A DNA stretch of 55,314 nt from a virus (taxonomy: Duplodnaviria; Caudoviricetes): the IMG/VR virus record IMGVR_UViG_3300049009_000899, positions 1 to 55,314 of that record; one strand, written 5' to 3'. The position numbers were made by a program, and so were the translations under genes. The notes beneath the pieces were generated by a model. That model had not been told where the DNA came from. It worked only from the letters and a program-made list of their open reading frames with translations, and did not search any database. Shown here piece by piece: positions 8,729 to 18,585 of this stretch. The number at the start of each line of letters is the position of its first letter. Position 1 is the first letter of the stretch.

Positions 8729-10530
8729 CCGAACTCCCTTAGAAGACCTTCGTATTTCCTTCTGAACTGAAACGATTCCGAATCCACCACGTCATCCTCG
8801 AAAAGCTTTGTGGACGATATCTCCAGGATGTCCTCTGGCTTCCCCTCCATGAGTTCCCTCTTTATCTCCTCATAGACGTCATTGCTTATCTTGCTCAAAT
8901 TGGAAATGTCAACCTGGGCGCCTATGGGTATGTCCCTTGACATCGAATCCCGAACGAGAAGAGCCAGGCACATCGACATGATCGCGTCATCGTGCTTTCC
9001 CTTCTGAGCCTGCGCCTTTTTCGTGGTGACATTGTACTCGAATGTCCCCAGTTCGTTGGAGAACCGCGCGCTGTTGACCCTCATCGAGTTCGTCATAAGC
9101 TTGTTCTGAAGACTTTCCAAGAACAACGGTCTGTTGACCTGACCGATCTTGACCCCAGCCTTGTTGATCTTTGTCGAGTCGAAATACAAGTTGTCATAAT
9201 AGAGCTGGTTTTGCAGAGAATTCAAAACGGCAACCCCCGGACCCATGTTCTCGACAACAACCAGCGCGTTGTTGTAGAAGATCCCGACCTCCTTGACTAT
9301 CTGGGAGAAGACGTGAGGCGGAACGGTGTTGGAGTAGAACTCGCCAACCTGCTCTAGTGTCACGAAATCCAAGACCTGGAAGCAGCTGTTGTCGTTGTTC
9401 TCCCCCTGACCCTCGGCGCAGTCGACGCCCATTATGTACTCCCTGCCCACGACCGGCTCCTTCCAGACCCACAAAGCCCCCCTGTTCGATTCGGACTCTA
9501 TGTTGGCTACGTAGCCCATGGTGTTAGCCCATTTGGCGAAAAGCTTCCTGATGGGGAAGTTGTTTATGGTCTGCTCGGTCAGCTCGCGGACTATCTTCGA
9601 CGAGAAATAAGTCTCGCCCGTACCAAGGAACTCGCGAAGAACTTCCTGGAGGAAACCCTTGTCGCCAAGCTGCGACTTCTGCTCGGCAGCCCATTTCGGA
9701 TCGTTGTAGTCCGGGTGTTCCCAGTAGTCAAGATCTATGATGTTGAAAAGGTTGCGTTTCTCCCTGGCTTCGATATAGGTCTGGTGGTACCAATTGCCTA
9801 TGCCGTTGACCGTACTGACCAAGGCGCAACTACCACCGGTCGACAGAACTGGCCACATGGCTTTCCAGTGCTTTTCCATGTCATCTATAAACGCCACTTC
9901 GTCGATGATGAGGAAGGTCACGGACTTACCGCGGGCAGCCTGCGGACTATAGAACTTGACCGAACTCCCGGTGTCAGTGAACATCTTCAAGTGATCGTTC
10001 CATTTGCCGTCCTTCTTCGGAGACAGCCAAAGCGGAAGATTCGAGACAGCCCTGTCCACCATCATCCCTATATCCGTGGCTTCCCTGTCGGTTTTCGAGA
10101 GAAGCATGATCTGCTGGTCAGTCTGGAACATGCATTTCCACATGCCCAAAAGCAGGGTGACCGTGGTAAGACCGCCTTGCCTAAACTTGGATATAATGTT
10201 AAAACGGTGTTTCTCGTATTTCTCGACAACGTCGTGCTGGTACTTGAACAGTATGAAAGGTATGAGACCCTTGGTCGGATGGAGAATCTTGATGTACTTG
10301 TGACAGAAATAATCGAAACTATGGCAACACTTGATGATCTCTAGCTGCCTTCTGTTCGCGTCATAGCCCTCGACATGATCGAAACTCTCATCTGGGTCTA
10401 TTTCCAGCTGGTACTTGTCGAAGAAGAAGTACTTCTGGTCATATTCACCGGCGTAGTAGTCCTTGAGACTCTTGTATTTGGTCCGCCATATTGAATCAGA
10501 CAATTTTTTGAGATACGGTGGTAATGACAT
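8722..10530 (-). CDS. terL: Terminase large subunit (T4 gp17-like)
   Basis: LFKYQ (adenine-binding), KFRQGGLTT (Walker A variant), FLIIDEVAF (Walker B), VSTVNG, GVDCAEG and HDDAIMS nuclease motifs. Confidence 0.93.
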   Translation of the reverse strand: MSLPPYLKKLSDSIWRTKYKSLKDYYAGEYDQKYFFFDKYQLEIDPDESFDHVEGYDANRRQLEIIKCCHSFDYFCHKYIKILHPTKGLIPFILFKYQHDVVEKYEKHRFNIISKFRQGGLTTVTLLLGMWKCMFQTDQQIMLLSKTDREATDIGMMVDRAVSNLPLWLSPKKDGKWNDHLKMFTDTGSSVKFYSPQAARGKSVTFLIIDEVAFIDDMEKHWKAMWPVLSTGGSCALVSTVNGIGNWYHQTYIEAREKRNLFNIIDLDYWEHPDYNDPKWAAEQKSQLGDKGFLQEVLREFLGTGETYFSSKIVRELTEQTINNFPIRKLFAKWANTMGYVANIESESNRGALWVWKEPVVGREYIMGVDCAEGQGENNDNSCFQVLDFVTLEQVGEFYSNTVPPHVFSQIVKEVGIFYNNALVVVENMGPGVAVLNSLQNQLYYDNLYFDSTKINKAGVKIGQVNRPLFLESLQNKLMTNSMRVNSARFSNELGTFEYNVTTKKAQAQKGKHDDAIMSMCLALLVRDSMSRDIPIGAQVDISNLSKISNDVYEEIKRELMEGKPEDILEISSTKLFEDDVVDSESFQFRRKYEGLLREFGW

Positions 10531-10616
10531 CGAATTAAGTGAATTTCCTCGCGCTTAAAACTAACTTAAAATATATAGGACGCTTAATTTTTATTTGGGA
10601 GAAGCAGTTGAAAATC

Positions 10617-11717
10617 ATGAAGAAATTACAGCTGGTAATCGTCGCTCTGTGGATCATGACGATCGCGGTGTATATATCGAAAACCACACGAATTCCAGAC
10701 CCGGAACGCAATTCCGAAATGGAAAGACCCGGAAAGAGGCTGGACACCTTAGAGGAAGCCCTTGGCAAGATAACTTCGGATTCATCCAAATCGACGGTCT
10801 TCTACCTCTCCTCCCAAGAACTCGAGGGGAGAATGTCCGGCAAAAAGGGGAACGAAGCCGCCGCCGAATTCATCAAGGGGAATCTGGAAAAGCTCGGATA
10901 CCAGACAAGATACCAGAAATTCAACATAGAGAGGATGAACCCCGGTCCGAAAAAGGAAACGGGCGAGAACTTCACGAGCAACGTCTGCGCCTGGTCGACG
11001 GGATCCGACGACGACCTAAGGAAAGAGGTGGTCGTGGTGGGAGCCCACTTCGACCACATAGGTTATGGTCCGAGGATGAGCATGCAGCCAGGGAAGGCTA
11101 GGGTTCATCCCGGCGCAGACGACAACGCCTCCGGCACAGCCGCGCTGCTGGAGATAGCCAAGGCTCTGTCCAACGTGGAGAAGAAAAGGACATTGCTGTT
11201 CATAGCTTTCTCGGCAGAGGAGATGGGTCTTCTCGGAAGCAGGCACTATGTCGAAAACCCGTTGCTGCCAGAGAACGAACCTAATATAGCCAACCATGTG
11301 TTCATGCTGAACATGGACATGGTCGGGCACCTGAAAAACGCGAAGAGACCGACGTCTTACTCTGATGTTTCCATAGACATCAACAGGCACATAGGCGAGC
11401 TTGGCGAAAAATACCCTTTCGCCAAGCTCATAACCTCAAGGACGAGCGGCGGCAGCGACCATGCAAGCTTCTACAACAAGAGAGTACCGGTGGCTTTCCT
11501 CCACACCGGAGGTCACGAGTACTACCACACGCCCCAGGATACCCCGGAAAGCCTAAACTATGAAGGGTTGGAGAAAGTATCGAAATACGCGGCGGAACTC
11601 ACGTTGCGCGTCTGCAACGACCGAAAGAAGCCAGCTTTCAACCACAACAACTTCAAGAAGATGTCAAGCGACCACGACCACGGCATAACCAAATTCCAAC
11701 AAGGAGAAGAAAAATGA
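10617..11717 (+). CDS. M28 family metallo-aminopeptidase with N-terminal membrane anchor/signal
   Basis: VGAHFDHIG, PGADDNASG, FSAEEMGLLGS, LNMDMVG, SDHASF, YHTPQD; start moved to MKKLQLV. Confidence 0.92.
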   Translation: MKKLQLVIVALWIMTIAVYISKTTRIPDPERNSEMERPGKRLDTLEEALGKITSDSSKSTVFYLSSQELEGRMSGKKGNEAAAEFIKGNLEKLGYQTRYQKFNIERMNPGPKKETGENFTSNVCAWSTGSDDDLRKEVVVVGAHFDHIGYGPRMSMQPGKARVHPGADDNASGTAALLEIAKALSNVEKKRTLLFIAFSAEEMGLLGSRHYVENPLLPENEPNIANHVFMLNMDMVGHLKNAKRPTSYSDVSIDINRHIGELGEKYPFAKLITSRTSGGSDHASFYNKRVPVAFLHTGGHEYYHTPQDTPESLNYEGLEKVSKYAAELTLRVCNDRKKPAFNHNNFKKMSSDHDHGITKFQQGEEK

Positions 11718-12160
11718 CCATAGAAGAACTCATAGAGAAGCTGAAAAAAGACTTGCGCAACGAGTGGACACACATGACCTTCTACCTGCAGAGCGCCTCG
11801 CTCGTCCAGGGACTGCACGCCAAGGAGTACAAGGAGTTTCTTCTGGAGGAGGCATCCAAGGAAATGGGTCACGTGTCGGAGTTCTCCGACATGCTCGTCG
11901 GTCTCGGATCCGACATAACGAATTCTCCGAACCAAGAAAAGCTGCCTTTCCTGCACAACCCGAAGGACATACTGGAACACGCCCTAGCCCTCGAGGAGGA
12001 GGTTGTTTCCAACTACTGCCAAAGAATGCACGAGGCGGAATCGCTGGGTTCGGTCGATGGCGACTGGGTGCACATATTCCTTGAGAAGCAAATCGAAGAC
12101 AGCCGAAAGGACGTCGACGAGCTCAAGCAGATAATCCGAGGAATAAGGGCTGGACACTGA
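11714..12160 (+). CDS. Ferritin-like (bacterioferritin/Dps-type) protein
   Basis: NEW...Y, EEASKEMGH, LALEEEVV..Y, EDSRKD di-iron four-helix-bundle pattern. Confidence 0.8.
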   Translation: MTIEELIEKLKKDLRNEWTHMTFYLQSASLVQGLHAKEYKEFLLEEASKEMGHVSEFSDMLVGLGSDITNSPNQEKLPFLHNPKDILEHALALEEEVVSNYCQRMHEAESLGSVDGDWVHIFLEKQIEDSRKDVDELKQIIRGIRAGH

Positions 12161-12327
12161 TGAACTCCCTGAAAATGGTTGAATCCATCGAAAACATTAA
12201 ACATTTCGGTAAATTCTCCGTAAAACTGGAATGCGGACATAAATACATTTTCGACCACAACATGACGAAAATGGTAAGTTTGCCCAAGCGCCTTCCATGC
12301 AAGATTTGCTTCGGCCAGCATAAATAA
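12160..12327 (+). CDS. Small zinc-binding protein (55 aa), absent from the ORF track
   Basis: TGATG-coupled start; MNSLKMVESIENIKHFGKFSVKLECGHKYIFDHNMTKMVSLPKRLPCKICFGQHK with LECGH...CKIC. Confidence 0.6.
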   Translation: MNSLKMVESIENIKHFGKFSVKLECGHKYIFDHNMTKMVSLPKRLPCKICFGQHK

Positions 12328-12357
12328 CTTTGATCGTTCTTCACAAAAAGAGGTAAA

Positions 12358-13188
12358 ATGGCATTCTTTCAAAACGTCTTCTCCCAGGAATATCAAGGGT
12401 ATCTTAATACAGGAAACGACAGGCAGTACAGCCTTACCTTTAAGATCGCGGCAAACCAGAACATGCAGGACTACACGTTCGCGTGGATCCCACACCCTTA
12501 CGACCTTTCTTCCGAAAGCGTTCTGACCATAAATTACGCGTGGGATGTCGACTACAAGAATTGGTCATCCATATCCATAGATGTGGCTGGGGAAGACCCA
12601 TCGGCGACCACGGCTTACGAGGTCGTCACGGCTCTCAACTCAAATGCTACTTTCGCCAGCATGTATGTCGCAAAAGTCGTGACCAACAAGACCGACAAGC
12701 ATGTCCTCATAATTTCCAAAACCGGTCGAGCCAAGCAGATCATCAAGATGTATATTTCGAACGGGGGAGCGGAGACCGTCATCAAATTCAACAAGAAAGC
12801 CAATGTAGCCGAACTTCCAAGCTACTTCGAGAGAGACACGATAGCGAACCGTTTCAATTACGAGCCGGCGAACAACCATCTCATCAAGCTCGATCCGGAA
12901 GATGAAGTAGACGCGGCAATCATCACGGCAGCAGGATTAAATCCAACCAGCCCGAAGGAAGATTGGGAATTGTTGCGTGGTCGCGCTTCTGGCATATATA
13001 CATTCAAGAAACAAACTATAGATGGGTCCGGAAGAGTTGTCGAGATAATCGAATATCCAGCAGGCGCATTGGTTGGCGATCTAGCCAGAAAGACCATCTA
13101 TACTTTCACCAGTACAAATACCGAACCTGACGAAATATTCCAGATACCACATGTTCTTGTAGGTGATGATCTGATCACTCCAAGCTAA
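12358..13188 (+). CDS. Putative virion structural protein
   Basis: GAGGT RBS, upstream CATAAATA; Thr/Ala/Ser-rich beta-type composition. Confidence 0.55.
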   Translation: MAFFQNVFSQEYQGYLNTGNDRQYSLTFKIAANQNMQDYTFAWIPHPYDLSSESVLTINYAWDVDYKNWSSISIDVAGEDPSATTAYEVVTALNSNATFASMYVAKVVTNKTDKHVLIISKTGRAKQIIKMYISNGGAETVIKFNKKANVAELPSYFERDTIANRFNYEPANNHLIKLDPEDEVDAAIITAAGLNPTSPKEDWELLRGRASGIYTFKKQTIDGSGRVVEIIEYPAGALVGDLARKTIYTFTSTNTEPDEIFQIPHVLVGDDLITPS

Positions 13189-13334
13189 TGTGTCATTGTT
13201 TTTCATTGGTATATTTCAAACCAGAAAGGCGTAGATTGAAGTCTCCGATAGACCAGTTTTCCGCTGATCGCCTGTCCGTCAATTGCGTGCGTGTTTCTTT
13301 TTTTTTCAGAGATTTGACTACTTCAATGTGATAT

Positions 13335-13359
13335 GAGGGGAAATTGTGCGTTTCCCCCC
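13335..13359. terminator. Hairpin (gaggggaaa-ttgtgcg-tttcccccc) between convergent genes
   Basis: Inverted repeat just downstream of the 13377 stop. Confidence 0.45.
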
Positions 13360-13376
13360 AATCGACTTTTGACTCG

Positions 13377-13922
13377 TTACATTGCAAACAACAAATACCC
13401 CAAACCAGCGGTAAGAACGACGATGATTCCAACAAGCACGTTGTTTACGGTCTTGTTGCTTTTCTCCTCGCCGTCAACCTTTTCCTCTATCTGGTCAGCT
13501 AGACCGAGGCTGTTGATCTTGTGGCACTCATTCACTCTGGACGAAGCAAGCGCGTCACGCACCACCTCGAACACGTCATCTTTCGTAAGCGATTTCTTGC
13601 AAGCGGTCTTGCAGTGCGACTGGGCTCCGACATTGGCGACACCAATGTGCTCCACGACCTGCATCTTCACCTGTGGCTCGGAAGCCTCGACCTTGACTTC
13701 CACAACATTGCCGTGGGCGTCGATGGTCTCTATTTTACGCTCGCAGATGACCGGCTTGGTCTTCTCTGTGATCCTCTGCTTAAGCTTCAGAGGTCTTTCG
13801 TCCTCCATGTGCAACTCCACGATCTTTTCGCTCGTGAGTTCGCTCTGGTTTACATTTTCGACAATACGCTTCTCGGCTTTCCTGCCGTCTTCTAATGTCC
13901 ATTTTTCTACGTGATCGCTCAT
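13377..13922 (-). CDS. Hypothetical protein with C-terminal TM anchor
   Basis: C-terminal VLVGIIVVLTAGLGYLLFAM; CATAAATA upstream. Confidence 0.7.
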   Translation of the reverse strand: MSDHVEKWTLEDGRKAEKRIVENVNQSELTSEKIVELHMEDERPLKLKQRITEKTKPVICERKIETIDAHGNVVEVKVEASEPQVKMQVVEHIGVANVGAQSHCKTACKKSLTKDDVFEVVRDALASSRVNECHKINSLGLADQIEEKVDGEEKSNKTVNNVLVGIIVVLTAGLGYLLFAM

Positions 13923-13972
13923 GTTACCCCTTAGATGTAAAAATATGACTTACCTTATTTATGCCACCAGCG

Positions 13973-14305
13973 TCAATTTTGATGCCGTATTTTCACTTCA
14001 GACACACTGGCGTCCTTGTTGCCGAGCAGACCGCTCTTTTCCAGAGCCATCACCTCAGCCTCAGCCTCATCCTTGGCGCATATTCCCGGAACGGTCAGGT
14101 ATTCCACACCCAGACCTTTGTCATACCTTATGATAGCCTTGAAAGGTTTTTTTTCATAGGAAATAATAACCTTAGCCTCGGCAAACGCGTCGTCCAAATC
14201 GTCGAAATCCCTCGTATTGCCAATCACGGCAAGGTCTTGAGACTTAACCCTGCACAGCCTGAAATTGTCACCGAATTTGCAAATAAAAACGCCTTCTTCC
14301 TCCAT
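13973..14305 (-). CDS. Hypothetical protein
   Basis: 110-aa ORF in minus-strand run. Confidence 0.6.
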   Translation of the reverse strand: MEEEGVFICKFGDNFRLCRVKSQDLAVIGNTRDFDDLDDAFAEAKVIISYEKKPFKAIIRYDKGLGVEYLTVPGICAKDEAEAEVMALEKSGLLGNKDASVSEVKIRHQN

Positions 14306-14308
14306 CGA

Positions 14309-14827
14309 TCAAACCCCCCATTTGTCCTTGAGCCTTTTCAGGATCTCGTTCTTCTTGGCGTCCGACCTCTTCACGAGATCCTGCCTCACCGATTTCTTCT
14401 TTGACTTGTCGTTTTTCAAGACCCTGGAATAGATCGCCTCGATCTTCACTTCCCACAACTCGTTCGGCACAAAGCATTCTAGGTCGCCAGCCACCTCCTT
14501 GTAAACCATATTCCCCTCGAACGTCACCTTTATCTCCGCGTTGGCGAGATTCAGGTTCACGATGAGATCGTCTCCGTTCTTGTAGCCGTCGTAGTTGTAC
14601 CCGAGATGGTGTATCACCTCATCCTCGTCCATGGTCGGTATTTCCTCCTCCTCACCCCATTCGTAGAAATCATCTATGAAAGTCTGGTGGAAAGCGCCGG
14701 AACCCTGCTGCACGACGTCGAATCCGAACTTGCGGGCTATCTGGGCGAATTTGCCCTCATAGCCCATATACCCCTTTTTCATGGCTTCTATCGTTCGCTG
14801 CTCTTGTACTATTTTTTCTGTATTCAT
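14309..14827 (-). CDS. Hypothetical protein
   Basis: 172-aa ORF in minus-strand run. Confidence 0.65.
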   Translation of the reverse strand: MNTEKIVQEQRTIEAMKKGYMGYEGKFAQIARKFGFDVVQQGSGAFHQTFIDDFYEWGEEEEIPTMDEDEVIHHLGYNYDGYKNGDDLIVNLNLANAEIKVTFEGNMVYKEVAGDLECFVPNELWEVKIEAIYSRVLKNDKSKKKSVRQDLVKRSDAKKNEILKRLKDKWGV

Positions 14828-14923
14828 GAGTTTGGTGACAAATTAGTGTTTTATGGAATCCCATCAAATATATATATCGACGGTCTCAAGTTTCGAAAAC
14901 CATTTTACATCAAGGAGGTCTAT

Positions 14924-16651
14924 ATGTTTAATTGGATAAAGAAATTGTTCGCCTTCAACAAAAAAAACAAGAAAACAAACAACAAGAAGATCATGGCTGC
15001 GGTCGCCGAAAAAGACGCCAATGCAGACTTGGACTCACTGGTTTTAAAACCTGTCGCCAAGATACAATACCTGCTGAACGATCCGACCACTTCCGACCAG
15101 ATAATCAGCATGGTTCCCCCGACCCCGAGCACTCTCAAGATGAACATAAACGGGTACAAGGGCGGCGGCTTCGGAATCGAAACACTCCAGGGTCAGGCTG
15201 CCGGATGCTACGTGACCATAACGAACACCGCCAAGTTCCTCATATCGAAAATCAAGACCAAAACAACCTTCGGGAAATGGGCTGCCGTAAGCATACTGAA
15301 CGTCAACCCGAGGGCTGGCAAGGATTTCAACGCCTACTATGACAGGTCAAGCCTCAAGTTCTTCTACGAAATGAATAAGGTAACGAAGAAGATGGTCTAC
15401 ACCTGCCAGTCGGCGGATGTGGTCGCCCACGAGTTCGGTCACGCCTTCCTTGACATAATAAGACCGGACCTCTGGAGCGCCCAGCACTACGAGGCTTGGG
15501 CTTTCCACGAATCGTTCGGCGACATAGTGGCAATATTGAACATCATGCAGTACGACCAAGTGCTCCAGAAGGCTTTGAGGGACACGGGAAACGACATGTC
15601 GAAGTCCAACATCGTGTCGAGGCTGGCTGAGGAACTTGGGAAAGCCATAGGTGACGTCACTGGCGACACATCCTATTCGCTGTCACTGAGAGACGCAGCT
15701 AACAATTTCAATTGGGTCGACCCGAAGACGCTTCCTGACAACGCCCCCAACGCGTCTCTCTCGAACGAGTGCCATAGCTTCAGCAGGGTTTGGACCGGGG
15801 CTTGGTACGAATGCATGGTGGAGATGTACAAGAAGAACGTGGCTGACAGAATGGCGCCTCTGGAAGCTCTCAAGCTAGCCAGGGACACCGCCGCGACATA
15901 CATACTGCACGCAGCCCAATACGCCAACACGATCAAGTTCTTCGAGTCTCTTGCCAGCCAGATGATAAATTACGACATGAAGAAAAACGGATCAAAATAC
16001 CTATCCGTACTCAATTCCGTTTTCTCCAAGAGGAACATCATCAAGCCGGTCATCAAGATTCTCGGGGAGGAAAGCTACAAGTCGATCATGAAAAAGAGCA
16101 AGAGCATGAGCGTGACCGAAGAGCAAATTGACGGCGGATTCGTCTGCAAGGTCAAGAGCAAGAAGATCGCGAAGAAAAAGAACAACATCTTCTCCCTCTC
16201 GAACAAAAAAGACGAGTTCAGCGTGGATCTGCCAGACAACAGCCTGTACCTGTTCGACAGCGAAAAGAATCTGGTCCACTCCATCGAAACATCGGACGAT
16301 GATGTCGACGAGATGACCAAGTTCTGCGTTTCCATGCTGGAGAGGAAAGGTCATATAGGCAGCGAAGACTCGAAAATGTTCGAGATCAAGAATCGAAAAC
16401 TGGTCAGGAAGAAAATAGCTGGGTGCAAATGCATGCAGAACAACGCATGTGACCCAAACGCCCCAGAATACGGTAAGGCGTGGAAAGGGGAAAACAATGC
16501 CGGATGCGGTAGCAAGGGAGTAACCGTTGACTGCGAATGCAAGGGTCAGGAACAGCCGGCGCCGGTAAAGTCGGGATGCTTCATCACGACGAACGCTTGC
16601 GACTCGATTTCCAAAACCGTTTGCTCGACAGTATCAAGAAGGGTTTGCTAG
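14924..16651 (+). CDS. Zinc metalloprotease, thermolysin/fungalysin (M4/M36)-like, with Cys-rich C-terminus
   Basis: FNAYY, DVVAHEFGHAF (HExxH), AFHESFGD (third ligand), ECHSFS; AGGAGG RBS before MFNWIKK. Confidence 0.88.
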   Translation: MFNWIKKLFAFNKKNKKTNNKKIMAAVAEKDANADLDSLVLKPVAKIQYLLNDPTTSDQIISMVPPTPSTLKMNINGYKGGGFGIETLQGQAAGCYVTITNTAKFLISKIKTKTTFGKWAAVSILNVNPRAGKDFNAYYDRSSLKFFYEMNKVTKKMVYTCQSADVVAHEFGHAFLDIIRPDLWSAQHYEAWAFHESFGDIVAILNIMQYDQVLQKALRDTGNDMSKSNIVSRLAEELGKAIGDVTGDTSYSLSLRDAANNFNWVDPKTLPDNAPNASLSNECHSFSRVWTGAWYECMVEMYKKNVADRMAPLEALKLARDTAATYILHAAQYANTIKFFESLASQMINYDMKKNGSKYLSVLNSVFSKRNIIKPVIKILGEESYKSIMKKSKSMSVTEEQIDGGFVCKVKSKKIAKKKNNIFSLSNKKDEFSVDLPDNSLYLFDSEKNLVHSIETSDDDVDEMTKFCVSMLERKGHIGSEDSKMFEIKNRKLVRKKIAGCKCMQNNACDPNAPEYGKAWKGENNAGCGSKGVTVDCECKGQEQPAPVKSGCFITTNACDSISKTVCSTVSRRVC

Positions 16652-17053
16652 TTTCACTGGCATCCCTTCCTTGTCGTAGTTTATGATCTCAATGTTGGAA
16701 TCAACCTTTTGGAAGAAAAGCTCCGAATAGGGCTTGTTCCCGAAAGTGTTGATTCTGACACTGAGGCATGTCGTGTCCCTCCCTACTTTCGTTATCACAA
16801 CCGAAAAGCTGTCGTGACCGACCCCTTGTATGGAATATCCTCCTCTTGACTTCTGGTCTTTCGTGATCTTGATATTGAGGTCAAAAAACGACTTTCTGAC
16901 AGACCTTTTGATCACCTCTTGGTCTATGTCGTAATACTTGTTCGCCTTGCCATCTTTGTAAATTATGATGCCCGTAATTATAGGGCTGGCAAAAGGCACG
17001 AACGCGCATCCTGTAAAAAAAGAAAAAATCAAAAAAATCAGTATTTTTTTCAT
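16634..17053 (-). CDS. Lipoprotein, DUF3568-like
   Basis: Lipobox FFTG-C after a short signal; TTCLSVRINTFGNK resembles the DUF3568 motif. Confidence 0.6.
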   Translation of the reverse strand: MKKILIFLIFSFFTGCAFVPFASPIITGIIIYKDGKANKYYDIDQEVIKRSVRKSFFDLNIKITKDQKSRGGYSIQGVGHDSFSVVITKVGRDTTCLSVRINTFGNKPYSELFFQKVDSNIEIINYDKEGMPVKLANPS

Positions 17054-17104
17054 GGGTATCTCCTTATATTATGTATCAAAGGTAACCATAAAAGGATGTG
17101 ACTC

Positions 17105-17464
<360 letters not shown>

Positions 17465-17519
17465 CTTCAATGTGAATTGATTTTAGAAAGAAGATAATTG
17501 ATCTTCCTCAAACAAAGAT

Positions 17520-17546
17520 AAAAACGGCGCTTCATGCGCCGTTTTT
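17520..17546. terminator. Intrinsic terminator (aaaaacggcgc-ttcat-gcgccgttttt)
   Basis: Perfect inverted repeat flanked by A and T runs. Confidence 0.75.
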
Positions 17547-17636
17547 CATTTTCAAGCCATAAGCAAGAATATTATCGAAACCGCAAATGTTGTGCGGATA
17601 TAGAACTATATAATTGCAAACAGTTCAAGGAGGAAC

Positions 17637-18347
17637 ATGAAACCCAAAAATGCGTTTCTGCAATTTTCCATGTCTTGTGCCTTGCTGTCTGCATTCCTCT
17701 GTCTTTTTTCCTATGGGATAAAAGTCCAAGAGGCGACCTATCCAAGCAAAAATTCCGACCGCGCGAATCCAGTCGCCCTTTTCGAGGGCGAAGCCGACGA
17801 CGACCTGTCTGGGGTCATGGTTCCGATACCAATGAAAGACAGGGTTTTCAACAAAACCGGCATTCAATGCGTGTGGGCTTCCCTTGAGTGCATCGGTCGT
17901 TACGCCGAGGAAAAGAAATTGATCGGGCTGACGAGAGACAAGGAATGCCAAAGCTACAGCAGCCCAACCGGGGCATCAAGAAAGCTAAACCAGCTCAACG
18001 TGAGATTCGAGCAGACCACAAGCAAAAGAGACAAGAGCCTGATCTATAAGGCTGTGGTCGAAGAGAAGAGGGGAGTGCTTTTCGGAATACCGGGGCACGC
18101 CATGGTGATGGTTCACTACGACGAGAATAACGGCATCATGAAGTACGTGAACAACAGCGACGCCGACCTTAAGATAAGAACATGGAAAATCGAGGACTTT
18201 GAACAAAGATGGGATGGTTGGGTGTGCGCCATATATGCCGACAACGACATAATACGACTGAAGTTCATGGCTTCCAAGATAACGGTTGTGGACAAGAACG
18301 ACCTGGAATTCGTCGCCCCGAAAGGATACATCCTATTTCCCCAATGA
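17637..18347 (+). CDS. Secreted papain-fold (C39-like) cysteine protease
   Basis: N-terminal hydrophobic signal; QCVWAS (Cys), PGHAMV (His), VNNSD (Asn). Confidence 0.65.
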   Translation: MKPKNAFLQFSMSCALLSAFLCLFSYGIKVQEATYPSKNSDRANPVALFEGEADDDLSGVMVPIPMKDRVFNKTGIQCVWASLECIGRYAEEKKLIGLTRDKECQSYSSPTGASRKLNQLNVRFEQTTSKRDKSLIYKAVVEEKRGVLFGIPGHAMVMVHYDENNGIMKYVNNSDADLKIRTWKIEDFEQRWDGWVCAIYADNDIIRLKFMASKITVVDKNDLEFVAPKGYILFPQ

Positions 18348-18350
18348 CAT

Positions 18351-18581
18351 TCATTTCCCGCAGTTGCAGTTTTTCTTTCGTGACATGATCCTTTTTCTCT
18401 TGTTGCCTGGCGTTGGAGGAAGATCCTTTCCTCCAACGGAGAAGGTGTTGAACGCCCCCGGGCTTTCCCCTCCAATCTCGTCCGGAACCATGTCATGGGA
18501 GTCGGGACCGATGTCGGATATGCCAACCCTGGCAGCGCCGCCGTTCTCGTCTCTCCTTTTTAGCCATTCGCTGTATTTCAT
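18351..18581 (-). CDS. Small hypothetical protein with CTS-like N-terminus
   Basis: MKYSEWLKRRDE start; TAAATA just upstream. Confidence 0.6.
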   Translation of the reverse strand: MKYSEWLKRRDENGGAARVGISDIGPDSHDMVPDEIGGESPGAFNTFSVGGKDLPPTPGNKRKRIMSRKKNCNCGK

Positions 18582-18585
18582 AGTA

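Noticed and set aside
13193-13435. 80-aa minus-strand ORF
   Set aside because: Overlaps the upstream gene end, crosses a terminator-like hairpin and has no convincing start or motif
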